In this document: in pieces, positions 13,007 to 26,323 of the stretch
Layout: the number at the start of each line of letters is the position of its first letter
How positions within the stretch are numbered: the stretch's first letter is position 1
Source of the DNA: Owenia fusiformis
Taxonomy: Eukaryota
DNA: 64,000 bases
Assembly (NCBI GenBank): GCA_903813345.2
Contig: CAIIXF020000001.1
Location: 34,286,001-34,350,000 of the forward strand
Reading direction: 5' to 3'
The notes under the pieces: generated by a model
What the model was told of the DNA's origin: nothing
Databases searched by the model: none
What the model saw: the letters and a program-made list of their open reading frames with translations, nothing else
Made by a program: the position numbers and the translations under genes

Positions 13007-14439
13007 CCCAGAATGCGAAAAAAACAAATCAGATCTAGATTTTCATACTAAGAATCATCCCTGAAAATTTTAAATCGATCTACCAAACAGTTCACCTGAA
13101 AATGCGTAGACAAGACTTTACTGACAAGATTTTAGGACAGAAAATCCAAAATGGCTGCCTTGACATTTATCCAGAATGCCAAAAAAACTAATCAGATCTA
13201 GATTTTCATACTAAGAATCATCCTTGAAAATTTGAAATTGATCTACCAAATGGTTCACCTGGAAATGCAGAGACAAGACTTTATCGACAAGATTTTAGGA
13301 CGGAAAATCCAAAATGGCCCTCTTGACATTTACCAAGAATGCCAAAAAACTAATCAGATCTAGATTTTCATACTAAGAATCATCCCTGAAAATTTTAAAG
13401 TTGATCTACCAAACGGTTCACCTGAAAATGCGTAGACAAGACTTTACAGACAAGATTTTAGGACAGAAAATCCAAAATGGCTGCCTTGACATTTATCCAG
13501 AATGCCAAAAAAACTAATCAGATCTAGATTTTCATACAAACAATCATCCTTGAAAATTTGAAATTGATCTACCAAATGGTTCACCTGGAAATGCAGAGAC
13601 GCAAGACTTTATCGACAAGATTTTAGGACGGAAAATCCAAAATGGCCCTCTTGACATTTACCAAGAATGCCAAAAAACTAATCAGATCTAGATTTTCATA
13701 CTAAGAATCATCCCTGAAAATTTGAAGTTGATCTACCAAAGGGTTCACCTGAAAACGCGTAGACAAGACTTTACAAACAAGATTTTAGGACAGAAAATCC
13801 AATATGGCTGCCTTGACATTTATCCAGAATGCCAAAAAAACTAATCAGATCTAGATTTTCATACTAACTTTGAAACTAACTTTGAAAATTTGAAATTGAT
13901 CTACCAAATGGTTCACCTGGAAATGCAGAGACAAGACTTTATCGACAAGATTTTAGGACGGAAAATCCAAAATGGCCCTCTTGACATTTACCAAGAATGC
14001 CAAAAAACTAATCAGATCTAGATTTTCATACTAAGAATCATCCCTGAAAATTTGAAGTTGAGCTACCAAACAGTTCACCTGAAAACGCGTAGACAAGACT
14101 TCACAAACAAGATTTTAGGACGGAAAAATCCAAAATGGCCGAAAATAAAAAAGTAATTGTGAGTTTTTGCTGATTTCTTTTTACAAAATTATCACATATA
14201 ACCACCATTAACAATAACAAAGGCTTTTAAATTGAAAAACTGAAAATTTAAAATTGATCTACCAAATGGTTCACCTGAAAACGTGGAGACAAGACTTTAC
14301 AGACAAGATTTTAGGACAGAAAATCCAAAATATCTGCCTTGACATTTACCCAGAATGCCAAAAAAACTAATCAAATTCAGATTTTCATACTAAGAATCAT
14401 CGCTGAAGATTCAAAATTGATCTACCAAACGGTTCACCC

Positions 14440-15333
14440 AACAAGGCACAGAACAATATCATACCTAAAACACAGCATTGTGGTCTTGTTGACCAAGAAA
14501 GCAAGATGGCCGCAGAAAAGTTAATCAGCTCTAGAACTTATCACTGTGTAACATATGTAAAAATTTGAACGGTTTGGCTGGAAACCTGTAGACAAGTCTT
14601 GAAAGTGAAGATTTTAGGACGGAAAATCGAAAATGGCCACCTTAAAATTTACCCAGAATGCCCAAAAACCAATCAGTTCTTGACGTTGATATGTAGAAAC
14701 ATCCCTGAAAATTTCAGATGGTTCCCTCAAATGGTTTGGCTAAAAATCTGTAGACAAGTCTTGAAAGTGAAGATTTTAGGACAGAAAATCCAGAATGGCC
14801 ACCTTAAAATTTAACCAGAATGCCCAAAAACTAATCAGTTTTTGACGTTGATATGTAGAAACATTCCTGAAAATTTCAGATGAATCCCTCAAAAGGTTTG
14901 GCTGGAAACCTGTAGACAAGTCTTGAAAGTAAAGATTTTAGGACGGAAAATCCAAAATGGCCACCTTAAAATTTACCCAGAATGCCCAAAAACTAATCAG
15001 TTCTTGACGTTGATATGTAGAAACATCCCTGAAAATTTCAGATGAATCCCTCAAATGGTTTGGCTGGAAACCTGTAGACAAGTTTTGAAAGTGAAGATTT
15101 TAGGACGGAAAATCCAAAATGGCCACCTTAAGATTTACCCAGAATGCCCAAAAACTAATCAGTTCTTGACGTTGATATGTAGAAACATCCCTGAAAATTT
15201 CAGATGAATCCCTCAAATGGTTTGGCTGGAAACCTGTAGACAAACTGAAAAGTGAGATGCCGCCCGCCCGCCCGCTGCCCGCCCGCCCGTCAAGCTGACT
15301 ACAATATCGTACCTTTTGTTAGGTACGATAAAA
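14440..15333 (-). mobile_element. HINE nested in a HINE (162-bp monomers, GCCC microsatellite)
   Basis: subTIR pair TATCATACCTAA / TTAGGTACGATA. Inserted in the A-run of a host monomer (ggttcacc..|aaaacgcgtag) with no TSD. Confidence 0.8.
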
Positions 15334-16419
15334 ACGCGTAGAAAAGACTTTACAGGCAAGATTTTAAGACGGAAAATCCAAAACGGCAGCCTTGATATTC
15401 ATCCAGAATGCCAAAAAACTAATCAGATCTAGATTTTCATACTAAGAATCATCCCTGAAAATTTTTAACTGATCCAAGAACGGTTCACCTGAAAACGCGT
15501 AGACAAGTCTTTACAGACAAGATTTTAGGACGGAAAAAACCAAAATGGCCGACAATAAAAAAGTGATTATGAGTTTTTGCTGATTTCCTTTTACAAAATT
15601 ATCACATATAACTACTGTTAACAATAACATAGGCTTTTACAACAAAGTACACCTGAAATTATTTATAAAGCTACTAAATAGTTAAAGTATGAAAATTCAA
15701 AAACACCATTCAATGTGATACAAAGTATTATCGCTCGCTAACTTTTCTTAAGACATTCAAAATGGCTGACATGACTGAGCTAACAGGTCCAAAACCTAAT
15801 CAGATGTAGAAGGAAGTGAGCTGAACCAGATGTTAACGTTTTAACTGTGAAGCCGTTTTTCTTAAAGTTTGCAGACAAGGATTTTAGCATTTGACCTCAA
15901 AATGGCTGACAGGAAGTAGCTATCAAGTAAATTTTTTTCATCCACATCTGTATGCACTCACAAGTTATTCCTGAAAATTTGAAGGTGATATCTGTAGCGG
16001 TTTTGGAGAAAACTGCCGGTCGACGGACGGACAGACAGACAGACAACCAGACGGACGGACGGACACGCCTAGGACGACAATATGGCCCCACACTATGTGG
16101 TGGGGACATAAAAAGGGATGCTAATTGTGCTAAAAACAAGATAATAAGAGATTCTTTAATTGGTTTTAGTATAACTTTAAATAGGTAACCACCTACTGAA
16201 TTATTTTTAGATGGAAAAATTAAATAGATTGTGCCATGATAAATTCCTATTGGAATTTTGTTTTCTAGCTTTAAAAATTAAATCAACTGAAGAAAAAATT
16301 ATTGAATTACAAATTCATTTGGGACAGAGGCATTCTGTTTTCAACATATTGCTCTTTTGTGGATAAAAAAATCTTGTTGAAAAAATGCTCATTTCTAATG
16401 CATTAACATAGACTTTAGT

Positions 16420-16936
16420 ATTTGAGTTATCAAAGATTATGTTTTGTTTTGAAAATGGCAGCCATTTTGAAATTCAGCCATCATCTTGAAAATTCTTTCT
16501 TGAACAAATCTACTTTGTCCATAGGCCATCATAACGTAAATTTTGAACCAAATCCATTCTCTGGTATTTGAGTAATCTATGATTATGTTTTTTTACGAAA
16601 AATAGCTGCCATATTGATATTTAGCAACCATTTTGAAAATCTCTTTTTCAGCATAGCCCCTTTGTCATCATCACCTTTGCATCAGCATATAAAATTTAAA
16701 CCAAATCCGTATATATCTGAGATATCAAAGATTACATTTTTTACGAAAAATGGCGGCCATTTTGAATTGAGCGGCCATATTGAAAATTCCTTTTCAAGCA
16801 GAGGTCCTACACCCATAAAGCATAAGCCTATAAAATTTTAATTAAATCTGTCAACCAGTATTTGAGTTATCGTCCTGACACACTAACGGACGGACAGCTT
16901 TACTATATCCCCCTCGAACTTCGTTCAGTGGGATAA
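16420..16936 (-). mobile_element. Partial HINE of the 145-bp monomer family
   Basis: Same monomers and tatcccc..cgaacttcgttc..tgggataa end as 40504-42088. Confidence 0.75.
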
Positions 16937-17279
16937 TTATCATTCTGATACACATCACATCTAAAAACCTGTCTGAGTTTAGTTGCTCTGATTTTCTGTA
17001 CAAATCCCGATAATCAAGTAGGTGGGGCTTCCCATACAATCTTCCCAGGAAGTTTACTCTTGTAAAAAGTTGATGTTCTTTTGAAAAATTTAATTTCTTC
17101 GTGTTTCATACCCATCAAATTCACAATACTCTATAAGATGTTTATTTCTAATGTAATAAGAATTCATTTGTATGAAAAATGTAAAATAATTTGGAGGAAC
17201 TGTTAGAAAGAAGTTAATACCATGTTTAAAGAGTTCCACCACATTGAACATTGTTGTTTACATTGTACGAGGAACTTAC

Positions 17280-17416
17280 TATGTGTTGTGCTAGTAGAAT
17301 CAGCAGGTGATGGATTAGAAGCAGCCTCCCATTGTAGACTCTCCCTGAGTGACTGGCTATCACCATCCTCATATCCATCTATGTCCACCTGGACCTCATC
17401 TACATCTAGGAGACCC
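17280..17416 (-). CDS. ATXN7L3: ATXN7L3/Sgf11 internal exon (GLLDVDEVQVDIDGYEDGDSQSLRESLQWEAASNPSPADSTSTTH)
   Basis: tttgtag acceptor and gtaagt donor, 137 nt; phases 2/1 fit both neighbours. DSQSL..LQWE.S.PSPADS resembles vertebrate DSQAL..LQWDGSSDLSPSDS. Confidence 0.88.
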
Positions 17417-17826
17417 CTACAAATACAACTACAAATACAATATTATGTAGAATCTAAACACTTGGCCAATGTACAATAACTTACTCAAACTCTAACTAAA
17501 CATTGGAGAGCTTTAGATAAAAGTTGTTTTTCGAAAGTGTATACATAAACCTGTATTTTAAAGGGTCTGGTCACACTTAAATTAATTTGAAATTGATCTT
17601 CATGAATTGTACCCAATTGACACAAATAGTTTCCGAATTCTTAACCTCATTCCTCAATCAGTGACTGCGAATGTAACATCTGTCGCATCGTTGTAATCTG
17701 TACATTATCATCATTTTAAAAAATTAAAGCAGAACTAATGGTTGGCTCTCTGTTCATCTCAATATGTAGCTTTATGTGTAATTGAAGAAATAAAAATAAA
17801 ACTTTTTAAAAAATACATTAGGTGAT

Positions 17827-18986
17827 GTGCCATGATACAAAAAACTTAACAAAACAGGAAGTGACAAAAAATGTAGCATTTTTACACATTTTTTGAACAA
17901 AGATAACAGAGTTCTGTTTTGACCTCCAGTCAACATGGTCAATTCAACTAGTTCCACATATGAATGAAGAAACAAAAAGAAAAATGGCATCAGGAAATTC
18001 TTGAACAACGTAAATTACGTACATATGTTACTTTTAAACCAGATCAATTCATTTTATGTGACTTGCCAAGAGGCACTAGATCACTGATTTCACAGTTTCG
18101 GTATGGAATTCTACCTTTGCATATTGAAACTGGCAGATTTGTAAATACCAATGTAAATGAGCGTTTTTGTAACATTTGTAAGTCGGGTGAAATCGAAGAT
18201 GAAAAGCATTTTATTTTTGATTGTAGTGCATATAGGAAAAAAAGAAATGAGTTCTTTGAAAAATTGGAAATAGAGAGTCTTTAAGTGACAAATTGTTTTA
18301 GAATGCAACTCTACGTGTATAGTGATAGACTTGGCGGGGCGTAGTGGAAGATGACGGGACGTATTGGTCAAATTTGAAGAGATGTGTGGATGATTTAGAA
18401 ACTGCTGCGTTTGATGCCCAAAAATCAAGACGTAGCGATGGAAGGTTGTAATGGGAGTCCATTCTGAAATTATGGGCGAGAATGGGTAAAAGACTGGCGA
18501 GATAACTTGACTTACAGTTGAAAGTTATGAAAATTTGCTTTATCTCACAGCTGGGGACCAAAACGCCGCTAAAACGAGGTACTTTGTACATGAAAACAAT
18601 GTATCGACTGAAAGGTATTTCTGTGAAGCTTTGTACGAAACAAGTTTGAAGAAAAACGGTGAAGTGTGAGACTCACAATCCTTGATTTTCAAACACTGGG
18701 GTAGGTTTTAAATTCAAATTAACGGTTTTTTCGGGACGGAGTGGTTTCGATACGTCCCGAAGAGATACTACCGCGTGACAAAGGGCTGAAAAGGTTATTT
18801 CATCATGTTTAGGGTCATTCTGACCATGCACATTGTGATCCTGGTCATGTAAATGATACATGGAAATAGTTAAATTGACTGGAGGTCAAAACAGAACTAT
18901 GTTATCTTTGTTCAAAAAATGTCTAAAAATGCAGAATTTATTGTCACTTCCTGTTTTGTCATTTCCTGTTAAGTATCATGGCACCT
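17827..18986. mobile_element. Foldback/TIR element of the 9519 family with a different interior
   Basis: gtgccatgatac...acaggaagtgac arm at the left and its reverse complement ending catggcaccttta at the right. Confidence 0.65.
17964..18284 (+). pseudogene. C-terminal fragment of a non-LTR retrotransposon ORF2
   Basis: LRTYVTFK...SQFRYGILPLHIETGRF...ERFCNIC...IEDEKHFIFDC matches the post-RT CCHC region typical of LINE ORF2 ends. Confidence 0.8.
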
Positions 18987-19558
18987 TTAGTGATTACATT
19001 CAAATAGGTTTGATAGTGTAATACCACTTTCATAAGCCACTTTCAAAATATTGTCACAGTTTGACTCCCGCTCTTGAAGAGACTTTATGAAAATAACATC
19101 AGAGATTATTAATTAATTTATGATGTTTAATGACTTATTAAAGCGGCTCTAAGGTCTGTGGAGAGAAAAATGGAGAAATTTTACCTTTTCTGAGCTATCG
19201 GGACGAAGTTTGGTCTAACATCTTCTTCCTTATTCCTATTTTATAAAAATGTATGCATATGGCAATATTCATCAACCAGTAGAACTGGCAAATCGTTTAG
19301 AATCTACAATTCCATACAAGGAGTCCCACTCATAGATTTTTTCAAATTCTTTCCAAGTCGACGTCGAAACACCTAGCGGATGAAATTGAAACTAATTTTT
19401 CTGGCCGCTCGAATCGATAAAATCTCTGACAGTGTGAGTCTTTTTATGAAAACTTTCTTATAGAAAACACTTGACAATTATTAAAAAGCATTAAAAGTTG
19501 AAACTGAAGCGTAATTTGAAATAAAAGTGAAAAAAATTGCGCGGACGACAGAGAACAA

Positions 19559-19655
19559 ACTTCCGGTTTAATAAAAAATGGCGGACAGGAAAGGAGAAAG
19601 GAAGACAAAAATTGGAGGATTTTCCTTTGCCATTATCGATCGATATAAGGTATGT
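19559..19655 (+). promoter_or_regulatory. ETS + YY1 promoter-like site with a candidate first exon MADRKGERKTKIGGFSFAIIDRYK
   Basis: ACTTCCGGT at 19559, AAAATGGCGG overlapping the ATG at 19578, 24 open codons, then AAG|gtatgt. Confidence 0.45.
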
Positions 19656-19784
19656 GCACAAATTCTAGTTGCATACATGGAAAATAGATACATTTTTGAA
19701 GGCAACAACATATTCAAAGCTTTCATTTTACGATAGGCCCAGGATCATTGGATACGACTCGGAAGTTGATATTCCCACTTTAAT

Positions 19785-20193
19785 AGACTAGATGCGAGTA
19801 GAAATAATCTTGATTTACATCATTAAATATTCAAAATTCATTCAAAGTGATGTCATATTTGAAATCTGAATGTAAAAGTACATCTAGAAATGTGGTTTCG
19901 AAAATTGTCAATCAACTTTGAACTTCTTGTTCGGGTTGATTCCCCATAGACCCCATGTTACAAAATCACAAAAAATGAATTATCTTTTCTTGTATTGGAC
20001 AGATAACATTTTCTTTTAGTAGACATATTTTAATTTGCATAACTATTAGACACATAAGCGTCATATGAAAATTGAACCACGCAAATAGATGTAATTTAAG
20101 TTAAAGGGAACTTTCTACTATACCCACCATGCTATCTGACCCGAACGAGCCACCTGGTGGTGAATCTGGTAACTACCTACTCGCATTTGCGTT
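19785..20193. mobile_element. MITE copy 1 (AT TSD, ISL2EU-like) with a CTCF-like motif
   Basis: AT|agactagatgcgagtag ... ctactcgcatttgcgtt|AT. Near-identical copies at 31743 and 62548. Confidence 0.85.
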
Positions 20194-20327
20194 ATTGATA
20201 ATGGTGGCATATTACCATATATGTCTTTTTTCTGTATTTTATTGATTTCTTACCATATATAGGACGAATTTTGATGTTATAGCAATATTTGATTTCAAAA
20301 TTAAAAAGGGGGGAGCTCTACTTTACC

Positions 20328-21151
20328 TAGCCTTGCCCAAGTCGGTCTCTTTTACTTATCTTGATTTCTATTATGACCGCCTTGTACCAAAGAGAAAGCC
20401 ACGTGCTTTACCGACAGTTTGTTGATGTCGGTAAAATTTGACCAATCAACGACGGCCCTGTAGCGTTAGCTCATTATTATGCACAGTCTAAAACAAGTAC
20501 ACTTTTCACTGGGACTTTTCACGAACAAATCTTGCACGAATTAATCATGAAAATACAAATATTTCATCAGATAAATATCAATCAGAGTTTAGTGGATGCC
20601 GGAGCATCGATTGGATAGCCGGAGGTGATAAGATTTCAACAATAAACGTTGAAACGATCGCTGAATTCAAATGATCGACATGTAAGATTGAATCACTGAT
20701 TGACGACTACATGACTCGATACATTTTCATCATGCATTTTCATCGCGAAATCAGTTTTAAACAACATTGAATCGCATGATTTGATTTATATTAATGACTC
20801 TTACATTCCAATGTACATTTAATTAAATAATATATTCATGAATGATATTGCAACTCTAAAGAAACACTCGATCAGATCATTGAATTTCAAGTCGTAGACG
20901 GGAAGTTTGCTTTGTTAATGCAGCTCAACCTGATAACATTTTGATTGGTCAATCAGCCTGAAGTCACACGTCGTGTCCACGCGATCTGTGAATCAATAAG
21001 GTTTCGCGATACCCCCGATAGCGTAGGTATTATGGAAATCTCGAAACCACTGAATAACTTAGCATAATATCAGCGGAGATGTATTGGATTGTACAAGGCG
21101 GTAATAATTCAAGATCAGATTAGTAAAAAAATACCGACTTGGGCAAGGCTA
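20328..21151. mobile_element. MITE with TAG termini, ~60-bp TIRs and a 9-bp TSD (AcademH- or MuDR-like)
   Basis: TACTTTACC|TAGCCTTGCCCAAGTCGGT ... ACCGACTTGGGCAAGGCTA|TACTTTACC. Confidence 0.85.
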
Positions 21152-21899
21152 TACTTTACCCGATTCAAATCTTTTACCAAAAAAGGTTGAGCGAAATTTT
21201 TTAGAGGAGTTCCGATTCTTCCTCACGAAGAATAACGAGCCTCTCTTTCACTTCCATCGCCATATTTGAAGGGTAAGACAAATTTTTCATATTTGGCTTT
21301 AATTTTAGTGAAAGCTTACATTTTCAAGATACATGTACACTACTAATAATCAATCCAATCTGTGCTATAGTCTAGAATTTTTTCAAATAAAAGCCTCTAG
21401 AAAGAGAGTTCTTACATTTTGGCGAGCACCCTAGGGACCTGTATCAAAATAATCCTTTATATCTTACAAACGATTTGTGAGAGTTGCCAAGTTGAACGAG
21501 GTGTCGAAAGGCACTATTAAATTAGACGATTAATTAATAAAGCATTCCTCATTTCTTAACTAGTTCAATCAATACAACCAGTGTTGATCACCACATAAAT
21601 ACCAAAACAGCTATGGTCAACGTGTCAATTGTTTCATGCTGGACATGTTCCAGTGTTTTGAAAGAGCCATAGATTACAGTATTCAATCTGCTTTGATTGA
21701 TTTTACTGAACTAGTAAACCAATAATCAGAATCACGCTACAGCATTGTCTGCTTCTCAAATTCTCTCTTAAGGGGGCTACTGTATCTATAAGTCTGTTAT
21801 CATCCAAAAGTACATGCTTATTTGATATACCAAATGGTTATTTTACTATACTGTAAGTAACCCATAATCAAGTCACATTGTATTATGTGTTAAATAAGG

Positions 21900-21980
21900 T
21901 AGTCTAGCTTCAAGCCTCTGTGACCCCTCCCTCCTCTACTTGAGTAAACATCTTCTCACACAGAGCCTGTAGCTAGACAC
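21900..21980. mobile_element. Tiny hairpin MITE
   Basis: gtctagcttcaagcctctgtg ... cacagagcctgtagctagac. Confidence 0.5.
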
Positions 21981-23459
21981 ACAACAGTGCAATTAAGAAG
22001 GGATATTTTGATGTACCAAGCTAAGAAGATACTTGGTCTTGATCATGACTTGTGTGCTAAGACTGTCACAAAGAGTTTTCGTAACATGCTTGATATATAA
22101 AATTGATGGTACAGTACCAATGAAATTACAGTCAATAAATAAATGAGAATAATTATGAAATAGAAGATGAAGGTGAAAATCACATTAAAATATATGTCAA
22201 ATGTATTTATCATGAGTTCTACATTCATTCCAGACATGCACTGCCCAATGGAATGCAAAGTTTATTAGCCAGTGCCACTGCCGCCAATGTATTACTCCTG
22301 TAGGAAATATAAGATCAAATGTACTGCTGGGTGCAAATATGATAACAGATTGATGAAGTTCAAATCTTTGCTTATTGTTAACATTAAATGCTTTTTGAAT
22401 CAACAATTAACATTTTTAATGGTGATGCTTTCAGTGTTAGTGATAATTTGATTGAGAGAAGTATTTTAAAGATAATTTTGTATCAATAGTATGATCAATT
22501 TTTACAAATTTCATTGACCATGATTCTTCTTGTAATAGAGGATACATTGAAATATTCATTGTAGATATCCGCTACATCACAGATAATTACAGCGCATATG
22601 GTGTTTTCATTTGTCTTCGGTTCTGTGGTGTAAAGGTTGATTACTAGAGTGATACTAACTCGATAAAAGGCCTGTGCTGGCTTGAACAAAAATCCCGCTA
22701 GTTGATTAAACATGGTATATTTTGACTTTTGAGAGTCAACTAGACTGTATTTTATATAATAAAGGAGTAGGCCCAACATGGCAAGAGATTTTTGGAAAGC
22801 TGTATTTTTGGACACGGGTATTTCCCGACAATACAATGAACATTTTATATTAAAACAATATCTTGACTTCAACAAAAGTGCATGAAAAAATAAAAATCTC
22901 ATTTTAATAATGAGATTAGCCATGGATTAGTAACCCACCTTCAATAATACTGACCTTATTACTGAAAAAGATGACCATGATTTTTCATATTTTTTGCAGT
23001 ATAAGATTACACTGTAATGTAGCATTCACTTCATATAAGGGCATATGGATTGAAAAGTTAATATGAAAGTAACATGGGAATGAGAATTATCCAATGGGAA
23101 ATCCCATGTTATGGAGTTCGCCCTGTCCATCTTTGAAAGTTCTGTTTACCAATCTGCTATCTTTGAGAAAATCGATGCATTAATGAAGGAACATTTGTAA
23201 ATGTATGTATGTGTGGACACCTAATGAACGCATGACAGTTTGCTAGGTCATGGGAAACCAATGTAATCCATTATCTAAGTGAGTGGATTTAATTCAATAC
23301 CAGAGTATCCAATGAGGCATGAATATAATAACATTGAACTATGACTTATACTGGACCTAGGATGAACCTAGTACTGGACCTATGAAAAACTGATGTACAG
23401 CAAAGCTATGTATGAATGTGAAAATTTAGTTCCACAATTTGTCATCCATTTTTCAATCT

Positions 23460-23630
23460 CTGACAATACCGCATGTGCTACTATGACATAACAATACCAC
23501 ATTTGTTACTCTGACATTGGAATACCACATGAATTTTTCTACATTGTAATATCTCAAGAGCTCCTCTCAGGACATTGCAATACCACATGTGTTAATGTCA
23601 CATTGTAATACCACAAGAGCTACTCTGAGG
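23460..23630. repeat. Degenerate ~28-31-bp tandem repeat (AATACCACA core)
   Basis: Six recurrences of an aatacc(a/g)ca-like core. Confidence 0.6.
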
Positions 23631-23909
23631 AAAGTTCAATTGAGTCTCATTAGGTACCAATAAAACATAAAATGACCCATTGAAATTTACTAGTATGTGA
23701 TTCTGTTGTCCTATTGAAGTTTTCAAGACTCAGTCGGATTTTCTAGTACTGAAACTCCACTGGCAAATATATACACTTACTAAAGTGAAATAAGAAGCAT
23801 ATTCCTTATTTATTACATCTTACTTCACAAAAGTATTTTACATGTATGGTATGGTACATTGACATAATCATTGACCTGTTATGTTGCTGATATTTGTAAA
23901 TTGTATGTA

Positions 23910-25756
23910 CAGGGTGAGCCAAAAAAGGTAACCCTAACAAATATTAACAACTCAGGTTTAGTGTCACATTTGGAACAATTAGGCTTTGTCCAATATATTG
24001 TCATTCTAGTTCTATCAAGTTTTAATGGTGTATCTCTAGTGGTTACGATTTTATGGCCATTTAACAAAACATGCCACAAAATATGGGAGTCATGTCTGGA
24101 GTCCAACTTGAACGTTTTGGGCTTAGTTGTACACAACACGCTCATAAACCTCGTGTTATGGCTCTTATCTTCCTTCTTATCTCTTGTTTCAATGTTTCAA
24201 GGGTTGTTAGTGTAGAATATAGGCCCAAATATAAAACTCTGGTGTGATTTATGTCCATTCAGTGAGACACATTTCGGCATTTTGCCCATGTTTTGTAAAT
24301 AGCCATAAAACACTTGGTAGAATGAAAGAACATTGAACAAGGTTTTAGCCCATTTTACTTTTCACCATCAAGTGTAGGCAACCAGTTGGGACATTTGTAA
24401 GTATAACTCACTCAATGAGTTAAATTAATTTTATATATATTCATTTCAAAACCTAGCCTGTTATGCATATTGCGCAAGGCATTGACCTATGTAACTTTTA
24501 ACTGCAATATAATTGATTTAAATGTATAATTAACTGAATTTGAACAAGGTTTAATCGTGCCAAATATGATTTTAAACTAGAGAAGGGTCGGTTACGGTTC
24601 GGTTCGATTAACCGCGGTTTTTGGCCTCACGGTTCTACTGGGACCGTCTGATCACCAAGAACCGAGTCCAAAACGGTTCCATCATTCCCGGGGAAATACT
24701 TTATTTTCGTGCAGTGTAACATGAATACCAAATTTTGCGCAAATAATTACAGCTCTATTTCATCTAAATAGCGAATGAAAGTACCATTTAAACGACAATT
24801 GAACAACTTTAAACGATCCATACGGTAATAAAATCGTTTCCTTGGATATTTCATTGTTCTTCCACGTCTCGAGGCAAAGAGCTAGTAAAACCATAATAGA
24901 GCCTTTCCCCGCGATGCCTAAGTTGGATGCTTGGAAGTATTCGGTTTCTACGATGAGAATACGTCTACCCTATGTCGGTTGTGCAACACGACATTGAAAT
25001 ACGCTGCAGGTTTCCAATTTTTGTGATAGAAACTTTTTGTAAATTATTTTAAACTTAAAAATTAAGACCGCGATCTTTATTAGACTTCAATTTATTCCCT
25101 ATCTTGTAACTGCCTCCTATTACCCACTCATAGTAACATTTTTTATGACTGATATATACACTTTTTCATGTGTCCTACCTCAGGTCCCAAGTCAGGTTGA
25201 GAATTTGGGTAAACACCCCCTAGCCCACTGCACTGTTATTCCCAACTGAAGGACATCTGTGCTATCCATATAATTTTAGTTTTCAGGAAACACACTGTCT
25301 GCCGTGAGGAAACATATTGAAAGGTCTTACCCAACCAGACCCAGTTTAAAAAGGAATCCCTCCCATCTAACACGGGGCAAGCAACTTGTTGATAGCCACA
25401 TACAAATACACTGTAGTTCAATTCTAGTTATTTAATTCCATAAATATTCAATGATTATCAGCTATCAGCATTCCATATTGATCATTTATAAGATTGAAAA
25501 TAAAATTATATCCCCTCATAATACAAAATAAAAGTGAAACACCTTTTTATGTTGCCATATTTGTGGCACCAATTGCAATTTATGAAGCCCACCTTATTAA
25601 GTATATGATTTAAGAACCGACCGAACCGAGAGACAATAACCGAGAATTGTACCGAACCGAACCGAACCGTGACCGACCCTTTTCTATTTTAAACCCATGC
25701 TGAATGACTGAGTTATTAGCATATATTTTTTCGGTTACCTTTATTGGCTCACCCTG
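23910..25756. mobile_element. Tc1/mariner-type MITE (TA TSD)
   Basis: TA|CAGGGTGAGCCAAAAAAGGTAACC ... GGTTACCTTTATTGGCTCACCCTG|TA. Confidence 0.85.
24578..25686 (+). mobile_element. Deleted hAT transposon with an 8-bp TSD and a BED-finger remnant
   Basis: TTTTAAAC TSD, TAGAGAAGGGTCGG / CCGACCCTTTTCTA ends and CGGTT subterminal repeats. About 24915-25010 reads AWKY/FGFY...CRLCNTTLKY across a frameshift. Confidence 0.85.
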
Positions 25757-25896
25757 TATCTTCACCTCTTACACTGTTTCATCTAATAGTTTCAATTTAT
25801 ATTCTTAACATTTACAGAAATGAATCACAAACACCCTTTTAATTTGTGATTTTGTATTTTAATTAGAAAATAAAAATAAAGAAAGCTTATAAAATG

Positions 25897-26323
25897 GGAT
25901 TAGTACAAAACATGGCACCGAGCCATGCCATTCTCTATGGCACCCCTGTGTCATTGGCTCTTGAATACTAATTCAGATTTATTTAGATTATTTTTGTTCT
26001 TGATCCTCTTACTTAAGTTTTGTTTTTGGTACAGAGAGAAGGATCCTTGCATACGTACTACATACATTTGTAACTTGATTCAGATTGACAAATGTTCATT
26101 CATGGCAAACGATGCCAAGAAAGATAATATAACTTTAGTAAGAGGCTCAGGAACTATGATTGGAAGGGTAGACATTTGTAAAGGCAATCATAATCTACAT
26201 AGATGTGCACGGATTTTACTCGAAATAGTGTTTTAGAGTCTACAGTATGGCATAGGGGGTGCTGTAGCCTATGCCATAGGGTGTACCTGTGCCATGACAC
26301 GATGCCATGTTTTGTACTAACCC
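25897..26323. mobile_element. MITE with GGG termini (PIF/Harbinger-group-like)
   Basis: GGGATTAGTACAAAACATGGCA ... TGCCATGTTTTGTACTAACCC, with ATGGCA/TGCCAT subterminal repeats. Confidence 0.7.
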
